Positions 17,668-26,392 are shown, counted from the first letter of the stretch. The stretch is DNA of 35,395 nucleotides from Vulcanimicrobiales bacterium (GCA_038215615.1 JBBQQR010000022.1:1-35395); one strand, 5' to 3'. The notes: generated from the letters alone by a model not told the origin. Made by a program: numbers and translations.

Positions 17668-17694
17668 AAAGCTCGATAACCACGGGCTTTTTTT
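17668..17694 (+). terminator. Terminator-like hairpin, homologous to 1132-1159
   Basis: GCTCG-ATAACCA-CGGGC followed by T7. Confidence 0.5.
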
Positions 17695-17725
17695 GTTTGG
17701 AGCGATCGTTTTCTCTACCCATGAG

Positions 17726-18085
17726 TCACCACGTCTCTGCCCCGTTTATCAGTCCGGCGCCGAACACGGCAAAACCGGGCCGCAGCAGTAAGGCCCCCAC
17801 GAAAAACAAAACCCCGGCGCAAAAAATGAAGACCGAACGGCGCGCCAGATTTTCCCACCGCCACCGCACGTCGGTGAAGCGCGGAATCACGTGAAGCAGG
17901 ACGCTCGTTGCGGCGGTGGTTGCCGAGCCGAGGGCGACAACGTGGATCCACGCAATTGCCAAGAACCCGAGCGATGAAACCGAACCTGCTATCCCGACCC
18001 AGGCGAGAAGAAGCCACGATGCGCCGTACGAAAGCTGTGCGAAAATGAGTGCGCCGGGTGGAATCCAGTGCCGCCGATTGAACAT
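17726..18085 (-). pseudogene. 3'-truncated copy of the 412-aa membrane protein gene at 28539-29777
   Basis: Near-identical for ~113 aa, then NGAETW*. Confidence 0.85.
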
Positions 18086-18580
18086 GATTGCATCCTATCA
18101 TGCCCGTTGAAAGCCGTCTCTTCGTCAAAGCCAGCCTAGTCTGGCTCTGTGCTACTTTTGCAGTGGGCGCCGTACTGCTTGCCCTCAAAGCGCTCGGATT
18201 ATCGCTTCACTATGACCTTTCGATAGTTCATGCACATATGGGTTTCGTCGGCTGGCTGGTGAACCTGGTGATGGGCATCGCGCTGTGGTTTTTGCCGGTG
18301 AACCGTGAGCGGTTTCCGGAAAATCGCGGACGGTACCCGGCGGTGATCGTACGCTTTATTTTCGCCATGCTCAACATCGGTCTCGCGCTCCGAATCGCTT
18401 TCGAGCCGCTCGTCGACAAAGCGGGACCGACGCCTTTCTATTCGGCAATGCTGCTCGCGAGCGCGGTGCTGCAGCTCGCAGCGATCGTGCTATTTGCCGC
18501 TATCGCGTGGCTGCGCGTTCGGCTGGTTTAAGGGCCGCTTACTTAATAACGCGGAAAGTCATGTGCATCTTCCCGTGGCC
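17748..18580. repeat. ~830-bp direct repeat, copy 1 (copy 2 at 29440-30273)
   Basis: Constant 11,692-bp offset with one 1-bp indel near the end; roughly 90-95% identical by eye. Confidence 0.92.
18100..18531 (+). CDS. 143-aa four-TM protein with HAH..VGW motif (heme-copper oxidase subunit I/NnrS-like module), copy 1
   Basis: MPVESRLFVKASL...HAHMGFVGWLVNLVMG.A.WFLP; mostly synonymous differences from copy 2. Confidence 0.75.
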   Translation: MPVESRLFVKASLVWLCATFAVGAVLLALKALGLSLHYDLSIVHAHMGFVGWLVNLVMGIALWFLPVNRERFPENRGRYPAVIVRFIFAMLNIGLALRIAFEPLVDKAGPTPFYSAMLLASAVLQLAAIVLFAAIAWLRVRLV

Positions 18581-18895
18581 GATGCCACAGAAGATCGCGC
18601 AACGAGCGTCAAATGTTCCGACTTTTTGCGGCGTTACCATAATAGAAGTCGGCTTGCCGGTGATCGTTACGGTTTGAGTCAAACCGATCTGCGGCACCGT
18701 TATCCCGTGCGTGCCCTGCTTGCTGACGAGGGTCAGGCGAACGGGCTGTTTGACTTTGAGGACAACGACTGCCGGCGTGAAGGAGAAATTTCGGGCAGTA
18801 ATCGTCACGCTTTTGGGCTGCGTGCTTGCGCCGGCATATAACGGCGTAACCATTGCCATGGTGGCGAGACAGAAGATAGCGAGTGTGTGTTTCAT
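18539..18895 (-). CDS. Secreted cupredoxin with CuA-type ligand set
   Basis: Signal peptide; NFSFTP, HG, C-AIF-C-GIG-H-GK-M; AGGAG RBS. Confidence 0.88.
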   Translation of the reverse strand: MKHTLAIFCLATMAMVTPLYAGASTQPKSVTITARNFSFTPAVVVLKVKQPVRLTLVSKQGTHGITVPQIGLTQTVTITGKPTSIMVTPQKVGTFDARCAIFCGIGHGKMHMTFRVIK

Positions 18896-18979
18896 ATAAG
18901 TCTCCTATTCGGCATTGATTCTTTGTGACCTCATCCGGCGCAAAAGTGCTATAGTTCAAGGTGTCGGAGGACTAAAGTA

Positions 18980-19132
18980 ATGGTAGAAGTCAAGCGCTTG
19001 AGATCGACAGTCGTCTATTCAAACGGTGTCATCAATGTGCGAGGCAACGGACGCGTGGCCCATCTCGTTATCGCTTCCACCGCGGCAACGGTGAACGGTA
19101 ATCCGTTTACTATGGATCAAAGGAACAGTTGA
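18980..19132 (+). pseudogene. 50-aa chimeric ORF containing a copper-amine-oxidase N-terminal (stalk)-like fragment
   Basis: GGAGG RBS; VVYSNGVINVRGNGRVAHLVIASTAATVNGNPFTMD; ends inside the duplicated hemerythrin 3' scrap. Confidence 0.4.
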
Positions 19133-19272
19133 TGAGTGGAGTCCCAGCCTAAGCTTCTTACGTTAGGTCGCACGACAGGAAACTCCGGGCGCACATCCCG
19201 ACCGCCGGAAGCAGAGTCACGGGCGAAGGACAGTTGCGCTACGACGTTTTGTTTAGCGAGGAAGCCGTCTAA
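19118..19272 (+). pseudogene. Remnant of the hemerythrin 3' end plus an internally deleted DUF488 gene
   Basis: 19118-19167 matches 35165-35214 at 49/50. 19171-19272 reads HDRKLRAHIPTAGSRVTGEGQLRYDV..., resembling DUF488 C-termini. Confidence 0.65.
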
Positions 19273-20729
19273 CCCAGGCCACGTTCGATGCCGTCACTGA
19301 AAGTTGGATCGGCTTTGCGGAAATTTTCGATTGCACGAAGCTGAATCTCCCTCTTCACCAGGCCCATGTGCGCAACGATGTTGCCAATCAGGCGCTCTTT
19401 TTCATCCGGTTTCATCAAACGATAGAGATCGCCAGCCTGCTGGAAGTCGTCGTTTTTATACGACCTTTGATCGTAGCGTCCGACCGCGCCGCTCAGCGCA
19501 AGAACCTCCGGTTCCGCGCCGGCTCCGGTTTGGATCGGGCCGCCGAAACTGTTCGGCTCATAGTTGACCGAATTGCCGCCGTTATCGTCAAAGCGCATGA
19601 AGCCGTCGCGTTGATAGTTGTTTACCCTGGCATTGCGTGCACGATTTACGGGGAGCAACGCATAGTTGACACCGATCCGATGGCGATGCGTATCGGCGTA
19701 CGAGAAGATGCGGCCCTGCAGCATCTTGTCAGGCGAGAACCAGATGCCGGAAACCATGTTCGACGGTTCAAAACTGGCTTGCTCGATCTCCGCGAAGTAG
19801 TTCTGCGGATTCTTATTGAGCACCATCTTGCCGACTTCGATCAGCGGATAGTCTTTGTGAGAAACGACCTTCGTGACGTCGAAGATGTCCCACTTATAGT
19901 TGAAACCCTCTTCATATGGAATGATCTGGACGTACATCGTCCATTGCGCCACCTCGCCGCCGCCGATCAAATCGTAGAGGCTCTGGAGGTGATGGTTCGG
20001 GTTTTCGCCGGCCATCCGCGCTGCCTCTTCGCGAGTGAAATTCTTGATGCCCAAATCGGTCTTGACATGGTATTTCACCCACGATGGTTTGCCTTCGCGG
20101 TTGATCCACATGAACGTATGGCTGCCGTAGCCGTTCATGTGCTGCCACGCCGCCGGCGTGCCGCGATCGCCCATTAAATACGTCACTTGATGTGTCGATT
20201 CCGGCGAAAGCCCCCAGAAATCCCACACCATGTTCGGATCTTGCAAGTGCGTTTGCGGATGGCGTTTTTGTGAATGGATGAAATCGGGGAATTTCATCGC
20301 ATCGCGAATGAAGAAGATCGGCGTGTTGTTGCCGACGAGATCATAGTTGCCTTCTTCAGTGTAGAATTTCAACGCAAAGCCGCGCGGGTCGCGTACGGTG
20401 TCAGCAGACCCGAGTTCGCCGGCAACCGTCGAAAAGCGGGCAAGCATTTCCGTACGCTTGCCAACCTCGCTCAAGAAATCGGCTTTCGTGAATTCGGCGA
20501 CGTCGTTTGTTACCTCGAAATACCCGAGCGCACCGCCGCCCTTGGCGTGGACCACGCGTTCGGGCACGCGCTCGCGATCGAAGTGCGCCAGCTTTTCAAT
20601 CAGATGCATATCTTCGAGCGTGGTCGGGCCATGCGTTCCGGCTGTACGCGAGTTCTGATTGTCTCCGACGGGTGCCCCGAAGTTCGTGGTTAGCCGGTTG
20701 TCGCTGCTTTTGCCGTTCTCGGAAGCCAT
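19269..20729 (-). CDS. katA: Monofunctional small-subunit heme catalase
   Basis: [15 protein letters not shown] active-site motif, [24 protein letters not shown] (proximal Tyr); 486 aa; GGAAGGA RBS. Confidence 0.97.
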   Translation of the reverse strand: MASENGKSSDNRLTTNFGAPVGDNQNSRTAGTHGPTTLEDMHLIEKLAHFDRERVPERVVHAKGGGALGYFEVTNDVAEFTKADFLSEVGKRTEMLARFSTVAGELGSADTVRDPRGFALKFYTEEGNYDLVGNNTPIFFIRDAMKFPDFIHSQKRHPQTHLQDPNMVWDFWGLSPESTHQVTYLMGDRGTPAAWQHMNGYGSHTFMWINREGKPSWVKYHVKTDLGIKNFTREEAARMAGENPNHHLQSLYDLIGGGEVAQWTMYVQIIPYEEGFNYKWDIFDVTKVVSHKDYPLIEVGKMVLNKNPQNYFAEIEQASFEPSNMVSGIWFSPDKMLQGRIFSYADTHRHRIGVNYALLPVNRARNARVNNYQRDGFMRFDDNGGNSVNYEPNSFGGPIQTGAGAEPEVLALSGAVGRYDQRSYKNDDFQQAGDLYRLMKPDEKERLIGNIVAHMGLVKREIQLRAIENFRKADPTFSDGIERGLG

Positions 20730-20921
20730 ATCGTTCCTTCCATATTGCCGTTTCCAGTAAACTGAACTAGAGGGTGAGCGAGCATGGCGGACCTTGGCGT
20801 CTTCGCCCTACGACAGTCGGCGCAAATGCGGGCCGTTTCGAAAACAAGAATCGCGCAGGCGTTCAGGCGCCACGACCGAGTGCATACACATTGCGCGCTC
20901 ATGGAGCGCGCTCGTTTCGCC

Positions 20922-21176
20922 TTAGCGACGGCGGCTGTTTACGCCGGGGCGCCGTCCGGCTCCGCGGCCGTTGGCCACCGAGTCCGTAAGGTTAGCACCC
21001 TCTTCGAGCAGAGGGCCGGCGACTTTCAGCCGCGTTGCGACCGTGCGCGCGGTCTTGGTTGCAGTCTTGGCAGCTTTCTTTGCCGTTGGTTTCGCGCGCT
21101 TGGCGGATCTCCGGGTCGATTTCCGGGCTGGTTCCCGTGACGATGTTTTCGTCGCTTTTCGTTTGCGAGCTGGCAT
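20922..21176 (-). CDS. Small Lys/Arg/Ala-rich basic (histone H1-like) protein
   Basis: MPARKRKATK...KPTAKKAAKTATK; GGAG RBS. Confidence 0.55.
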   Translation of the reverse strand: MPARKRKATKTSSREPARKSTRRSAKRAKPTAKKAAKTATKTARTVATRLKVAGPLLEEGANLTDSVANGRGAGRRPGVNSRRR

Positions 21177-21406
21177 TAATAGTGCTCCGTTTCATAACAA
21201 GCGTTCCCTGATCTGCACGCAGGCTAACCTTGCGCCCTCGCGCGCACGCGCATGGCGCCCTAGCGCAACCGGATGTTTTGCGCGCCTTGTGTAGTCTCAA
21301 GCGCCTGGACATTTTCCTGAAAACCCGCCGACTCCAGACCTTGGGCGAACTTCCCGATGCCACCTTTCAGAGGCCCGCGGTGTCACATTGGGTATGGAGA
21401 ACAGTA

Positions 21407-21697
21407 ATGGCTTCACATGATCGACGCAAGGTAACATGTCAGTCCTGCGGCTACCAACAGGAAATCGCAGTCAAAGATTCTTTGTGGATTTGTGAACGAT
21501 GCAGCCATTCGCAACGCGAGCCTAGCGGGCGCGATGCGGGTATCCCCAAGAGCGCCACCGCGCAAACGCGCCAGCCTGGTTATACGGTCCAGACGTCAAC
21601 CGATGTGGTGCATACATTGACTCCGGAAACCGCCGAGTTAACGTCGAACAGCAAGCGCGCCAATTCCATACGCACGCAAAAAAAAGCCTGTCGTTAA
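21407..21697 (+). CDS. Small zinc-ribbon protein
   Basis: GGAGA RBS, ATG 21407; CQSC-x14-CERC. Confidence 0.55.
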   Translation: MASHDRRKVTCQSCGYQQEIAVKDSLWICERCSHSQREPSGRDAGIPKSATAQTRQPGYTVQTSTDVVHTLTPETAELTSNSKRANSIRTQKKACR

Positions 21698-21792
21698 GGC
21701 CACGTGCGACGCCCGACTTGACGCGTCTGTACAACCTTGGCGCTCGCTACACTTTGTCTTACCAATCCGCAAAGTCGGGAAAGGGACGTATT

Positions 21793-22260
21793 ATGCCCGT
21801 GCTTACGACGCCATCCGAAACTCGCGAACTCTTAGCGCACTACGGAATCAAACCGGTCAGTGACGATACAGGGGGTGGCGTGCTTGTCACAATTGTGGGG
21901 CGTGTCGACGAAGCGGGTCACAAGGTCATTGAGCTAACGCGTGACAAGCACCGAGTTCTTCGTACTTGCCCCGTCTCGGAAGGCGAGGTGCGAGCAATGG
22001 TTGATGCGCTCCTCACCGCAGGCAAAGACGTTAGCTTCGAGCACCTGGTCAGGCATTTAATCGCCCGCGTTTCGCATATGTATGCGGAGAGCGGCATCGA
22101 CGCATTCCATTTGGAATCTGTCCGTTTGCATCCCACCGGCCACACAATTGGCAACGCGAAGGCGTGGCGCACGCAGCCGCTTCATCTACGACCGCGGCAG
22201 CAATCTGAAGAGCACGCTCTCCACCAGAGTTTTCCGCACCGGCCAGGCGGCCGGCGTTGA
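21793..22260 (+). CDS. Stand-alone reduced domain resembling the ATP-grasp part of ADP-forming acyl-CoA ligases
   Basis: E.RELLAHYGI, CPVSEGEVRAM, LIARVSHM, LESVRL; AAGGGA RBS. Confidence 0.55.
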   Translation: MPVLTTPSETRELLAHYGIKPVSDDTGGGVLVTIVGRVDEAGHKVIELTRDKHRVLRTCPVSEGEVRAMVDALLTAGKDVSFEHLVRHLIARVSHMYAESGIDAFHLESVRLHPTGHTIGNAKAWRTQPLHLRPRQQSEEHALHQSFPHRPGGRR

Positions 22261-22269
22261 ACGCCAACC

Positions 22270-22410
22270 GTTCGGGCGGTGCAAAAGGTTCTTGGGCACA
22301 CAGAAGCGAGCACCACGGCAAACATTTATGGGCACGTCGATCGAGAGCATAACGCGGCCACCATGACGCGAGCCTACGCGCGGCTTTTGCCCACGGAACA
22401 CAGCGTTTGA
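22270..22410 (+). pseudogene. C-terminal fragment of another tyrosine recombinase
   Basis: VRAVQKVLGHTEASTTANIYGH (box II with catalytic Tyr); no start and no upstream domains. Confidence 0.75.
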
Positions 22411-22498
22411 ACCGGGGTCGGTTCGAACGATACGGCGAGGCGCTCAGCCGCTCGTTTATCGCCTTGCTGGGCGTGGTGTTTGCGATCATTCCGACGCT

Positions 22499-23182
22499 CT
22501 AAGCTGTCGTCCGCGCGAGTACGGCTAGCAATCGCTTTGGCAGACCGCCTTCTTCTAGTTCGCGAACTTGCAAGATTTCATCGTCGGTCGTAAGCCGTTG
22601 GATGAGGGGCCGGTCGAAGAAGCGGACAGCATAGCCGTCGACTTCAAATGTGCTGTCACTAAGATGAATACCGCTGCCAAAATCGGGATCTTGCATCGAG
22701 CGTACCGTAAAAAAGTGCAGACCGCCTGGCTTCAAGACCCGACGCACTTCACGCATAACAAAATATACCTGGTCTTCAGTAAAGGCCATGCACAGCGTCA
22801 TATGCGAGTAGACGGCGTCAAAGTAATGACTTTTAGACGGTAGCGGCTCACGAAGATCGTGGTGTAGCGGTCGGAGCCGATCGGCAAGACCTTCCTCAGT
22901 CGAACGAACCGTAAGGGACGCGACAGCCGCTTCCGAATAGTCAAGTGCTGTAATTTCAAAACCGGACCGCGCGAAGTGCCGCGCATCGCGACCGGGACCA
23001 CAGCCCAGCTCCAAGAGCGAGGTCACGCCAAAATTTTGAAAATCGTGCGTCGCTAACTGCGCCGCCTCGCTAGGCGCTCACCCGAACTTCAGGGGCTCCC
23101 GTCGATAGACTGTTTCCCAGTGACCACGCTGTTCTTTCGGCTCGGAATCGGGGCCGGGGTTCCGTGGCCTTTCGCTCATCAT
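22499..23182 (-). pseudogene. Class I SAM-dependent methyltransferase with an in-frame TGA at 23078-23080
   Basis: MMSERP...HWETVYRREPLKFG*APSEAA...LLELGCGPGRD, ALDYS, FDAVYS, RVLKPGG. The track ORF 22499-23026 is the part after the stop. Confidence 0.75.
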
Positions 23183-23245
23183 TTAAACCGTGCTTCATTT
23201 CGGGCGACGGCACCCGTTGCCCGAGCGTTGACGCTTTTTGGGCGT

Positions 23246-23352
23246 AGTGCTAAGTCGGTTGACACATGCATGTCTTCCGCCCTGAAACGCCCGGCACCGG
23301 CTCGGTGCTTGGTCCTCTTGAGAGCGCCGCACTGAACACCCTCATTTGGTAG
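23246..23352 (+). pseudogene. Promoter and first ~25 codons of a second blaI-like gene
   Basis: ATG 23266: MHVFRPETPGTGSVLGPLESAALNTLIW*, versus MHVFRPETPGSASVLGPLESVVLNALW at 15454; shared upstream AGTGCTAAG. Confidence 0.85.
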
Positions 23353-23650
23353 TTGCGTCGTGCCCGTCAGTTGTGGAAGCGCTGTCGGATTTTGTCAGCG
23401 CGTTGTAGGTGACCGCAATTACTGCGCCGGCGATCCCTCCGGCAAACGCGATCCAGATGATTCCGCCGAGGAACGTCCACGTGCCCATCCTCATTCCGGT
23501 ACCCATTCCCATTCCGTTTGGAAACGCATTTGCGTGCATGCCCGATATCGAGAGCTGCATCGGCAGAACGAGGACTACAGCAATGGCGAGTGACCCGAGC
23601 GCAAAGCCAATGGCTAACGCAAGGGGCTTCAGCTCAAATCTGGATTGCAT
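23342..23650 (-). CDS. Two-TM membrane protein with a Met/Gly-rich loop
   Basis: AAGGAG RBS; loop GMHANAFPNGMGMGTGMRMG; ends IAVTYNAL. Confidence 0.75.
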   Translation of the reverse strand: MQSRFELKPLALAIGFALGSLAIAVVLVLPMQLSISGMHANAFPNGMGMGTGMRMGTWTFLGGIIWIAFAGGIAGAVIAVTYNALTKSDSASTTDGHDATTK

Positions 23651-23694
23651 GATTATTTCTCCTTCGTAAACGAGATTAGTGGCGTATGTGAGCT

Positions 23695-25305
23695 TTAGTG
23701 GATTTGGGTGGAGATGTACAAGGCAATATCGTGGAGGTCACGTTCGGACATTTTCCAACGCGGCATCACCGGGCTCAGCGTATCGCCGTTTTCATCGACT
23801 CCCGTCGAAATCGATCGCTCGAAAAGTGCAAGCGTCCAGGGCGTCTTTGACATTTTCGTAGAGCCCATGGAGCCCGCCTGATCTAGCATGTGGGCGTTGG
23901 ACCCAAGTTTTGCACTTATTGCTCCATCTGCGAGTAGCACGCCACCGGCGCCGTCGGGACCGTGGCAAACTGCGCAACTTTGATAAAATCGCGACGGGGT
24001 AGCCGTCGTGATTTGCGCGCCGTTCAAGTCCTTACCCGTAAGGTAAATCGAGCGCCCGTTCGCAATCGCTCCGGAATCAGCGGTCGTGGACGTGGGCATC
24101 GGCATGGCGGTCGCCGTTGCTCCGGGCATTGGCATGGCGGTCGGCATTGTTCTAGGCGGGAACCGATCACGATACCACGGCCCGGCCCAAAGCAGCTGGT
24201 ATTTTAGCGCCGGTCCCTTGCCGACGCTTGCGAGATCTTCGACTGTTAAGATGATGTTCGGTCTTACGTTGAAGGCGGCAGCGAGTATATAGTTGACTGT
24301 CAAGTTGCCTAGGCCGTCGTCGGTATGTTCGTACCGAAGATCGACGTGCAGCCACGACTGCGGAGCGTAGATCGTCTCGAACGAGACGCCGTGGCTGTTC
24401 GCCGACGGCGACGCACCGTCGTTGGGATTATTGTCTTGGCCCGCGATTCCCATCGCGATGAGTTCGTAGCGATCACCGCTGTACGAGGCAAGCGCCGCCT
24501 CACGCGTGTAGCGATCTTTCGCACCCGATGGGAGCGGATATGAACCGCTCAGGCCAGCTATACCACCGGACCATTTCGATTCGGGGGACAAGTACTGTAC
24601 CGAACCCGTCCAGGCCGTGCCCTCGCCGGCGCTACGAAAAGCACGCTCAACTGGCCCAGTCCCTTCCAAATATGACACGTTGCCTATCAATCCAAGATGT
24701 CCGAATTGCGTGTACGATGCGCCCCAACGGTTGTCGGCGATCGTCGAACCGTTCAATCCAACCTGCAAGCTCGCGAACCCATAGCCTGAGAGCGAGAGCG
24801 ACTGGCTCGTCCATGGCGCAAAGATTGGCGTCGGGAACTTTCCGATTTGCACACTGCCATTTCCGTTGGAGATTCCGTTGTAGGCGACCCACACCTGATC
24901 GACCGCCTTCGCGGGGAACCCTCCAGTTACGACAGGGACTGATGCGAAATACGAAACGTTGGGCCCGATGAAACCACCGGATAGGAACTGCACAAGCGCG
25001 CTGTGGATCGCCGGAAGCATCGGATCGGGCTGATTCGATGCATTGGCGGTAACTTCCAACGCCACCGGGAGGCTACGATTCTGCATCATTTGTAGGTGCT
25101 TATTGAGGCCTCTGGAAAAATTTGTCATCAAGACGTAACGGCCGTAACTATTGAGATGCGGCACCGCCGTGTGGCAGAGGGCGCAGTTAACGCCGCCTTG
25201 TCCGTTTGCAAATACAGGGATCGCCAACGCTGACTTTGGAGCGCCCAATGACCACGCGAGAAATATCGTCGTAGAGAGCGCCGGTATCCAAGTGCACTTC
25301 CTCAA
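23695..25305 (-). CDS. Cyc2-like cytochrome c-porin fusion with an additional C-terminal c-type cytochrome domain
   Basis: Signal peptide ALA/IPVF, N-terminal CALCH..P.LN.YGR, beta-strand-rich middle, Met/Pro/Thr linker, C-terminal CAVCH ... MPRW. Confidence 0.75.
   Translation of the reverse strand: MRKCTWIPALSTTIFLAWSLGAPKSALAIPVFANGQGGVNCALCHTAVPHLNSYGRYVLMTNFSRGLNKHLQMMQNRSLPVALEVTANASNQPDPMLPAIHSALVQFLSGGFIGPNVSYFASVPVVTGGFPAKAVDQVWVAYNGISNGNGSVQIGKFPTPIFAPWTSQSLSLSGYGFASLQVGLNGSTIADNRWGASYTQFGHLGLIGNVSYLEGTGPVERAFRSAGEGTAWTGSVQYLSPESKWSGGIAGLSGSYPLPSGAKDRYTREAALASYSGDRYELIAMGIAGQDNNPNDGASPSANSHGVSFETIYAPQSWLHVDLRYEHTDDGLGNLTVNYILAAAFNVRPNIILTVEDLASVGKGPALKYQLLWAGPWYRDRFPPRTMPTAMPMPGATATAMPMPTSTTADSGAIANGRSIYLTGKDLNGAQITTATPSRFYQSCAVCHGPDGAGGVLLADGAISAKLGSNAHMLDQAGSMGSTKMSKTPWTLALFERSISTGVDENGDTLSPVMPRWKMSERDLHDIALYISTQIH
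24094..24147. repeat. 30-bp-period repeat encoding the TAMPMP linker
   Basis: GGGCAT(C/T)GGCATGGCGGTCG at 24094 and 24124. Confidence 0.7.
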
Positions 25306-25358
25306 GGAGACATCTTCCTATTTGGCCGGTTCAGGTTAATGCGTAGTGTAACCTTTTT

Positions 25359-25763
25359 TTAAGCGGCTTCCCCAATGGCAGCCAGCAGTCGAGAGTTGAC
25401 CTCTTCGGCAACCCCACCGAGCCTGTCGTTCCCTACAACGGACATCATGGTATGCGCATTAATTGCGCTGATGAACGTCTTGCCATCCTTGCGACGAACC
25501 GTGACGTTGCACGGCAGAAGTAAACCCAACTGTTCTTCCATCTGCAGGGCTTCATGAGCGAACTGTGGATTGCAAGCGCCTAGTATCAGATAGGGCTCGC
25601 GCTCGACACCAAGCTTTTGCTTAAGCGTTGCCGCGACATCGATCTCGGATAGCACCCCGAAACCCTGTTTCTTGAGTGTCTCTGTGACACTCGCCACGGC
25701 CTGATCAAACGGCTTGGCCGACTCGATCGAAAACCCATACCGCTCGTGCACTATGTGAGCCAT
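25359..25763 (-). CDS. DUF302 domain protein
   Basis: GFGVLSEIDV..TLK.KLG, YLILGACNP, GLLLPCNV; ATG 25763. Confidence 0.9.
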   Translation of the reverse strand: MAHIVHERYGFSIESAKPFDQAVASVTETLKKQGFGVLSEIDVAATLKQKLGVEREPYLILGACNPQFAHEALQMEEQLGLLLPCNVTVRRKDGKTFISAINAHTMMSVVGNDRLGGVAEEVNSRLLAAIGEAA

Positions 25764-25891
25764 TTGTACTCTCTCTTTCTGATTGGTTATACGTGGAGCT
25801 GATCGGGTTTCGGGGAAGGGTGTTGATTGGACGTCAGGCGGCTTGGCCATCGAATCAGGAATATCTTGTGAATTTGTAGTATGCTATCTGC

Positions 25892-26392
25892 GTGGTCCTC
25901 ATCGGATTCCTTGTGGCTGCAGCGGCGATTCTCGCGGTCATGGCTGCGGTCGCGAGAACGACAATCGAGCCGGCGGCCGGGCAAGCAAATGTTACTTCCA
26001 TGGGTTATCGCTTGCGAAAGGGTTGGCTGTGGGCGCTCGCCGCTGCAGCTGTGGTTGCGCTTGCGATTTCGATACCATCGTTTCCCTATGGAAAACCAAC
26101 GACGCTTTCCGGGAAGCACTACACGGTCGTCGCATCTCAATACAGTTTTGAACTTCCGCCCGCCGTGCCGGTTGGCAGGCCCGTCGTTTTCGACGTGACC
26201 TCCAAAGATGTGAATCACGGTTTTGGCATCTACGACCCGCAAGGACGCCTCGTTGCGCAGGTTCAGGCGATGCCTGATTACGTGAATCATCTACCGATGC
26301 GGTTTAGCGTGAAAGGTCATTATCTGGTGCGTTGTCTTGAATACTGCGGCATAGCGCACGCGGCAATGCAAGGAGCTTTCGACGTAAGATGA
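25892..26392 (+). CDS. Heme-copper oxidase superfamily subunit II with CuA site (NorS-like)
   Basis: Two TM helices; DVNHGF, QAMP, C-L-E-Y-C-G-I-A-H-A-A-M. Confidence 0.9.
   Translation: MVLIGFLVAAAAILAVMAAVARTTIEPAAGQANVTSMGYRLRKGWLWALAAAAVVALAISIPSFPYGKPTTLSGKHYTVVASQYSFELPPAVPVGRPVVFDVTSKDVNHGFGIYDPQGRLVAQVQAMPDYVNHLPMRFSVKGHYLVRCLEYCGIAHAAMQGAFDVR

Noticed and set aside
18965..18995. MerR/CueR-like promoter for the cupredoxin (TTGACT on the - strand)
   Set aside because: Weak dyad and no acceptable -10 at 19-bp spacing.
25823..25837. TTGAT-N5-GTCAG as an FNR/DNR box in the divergent spacer
   Set aside because: The spacing and right half-site do not fit TTGAT-N4-ATCAA.
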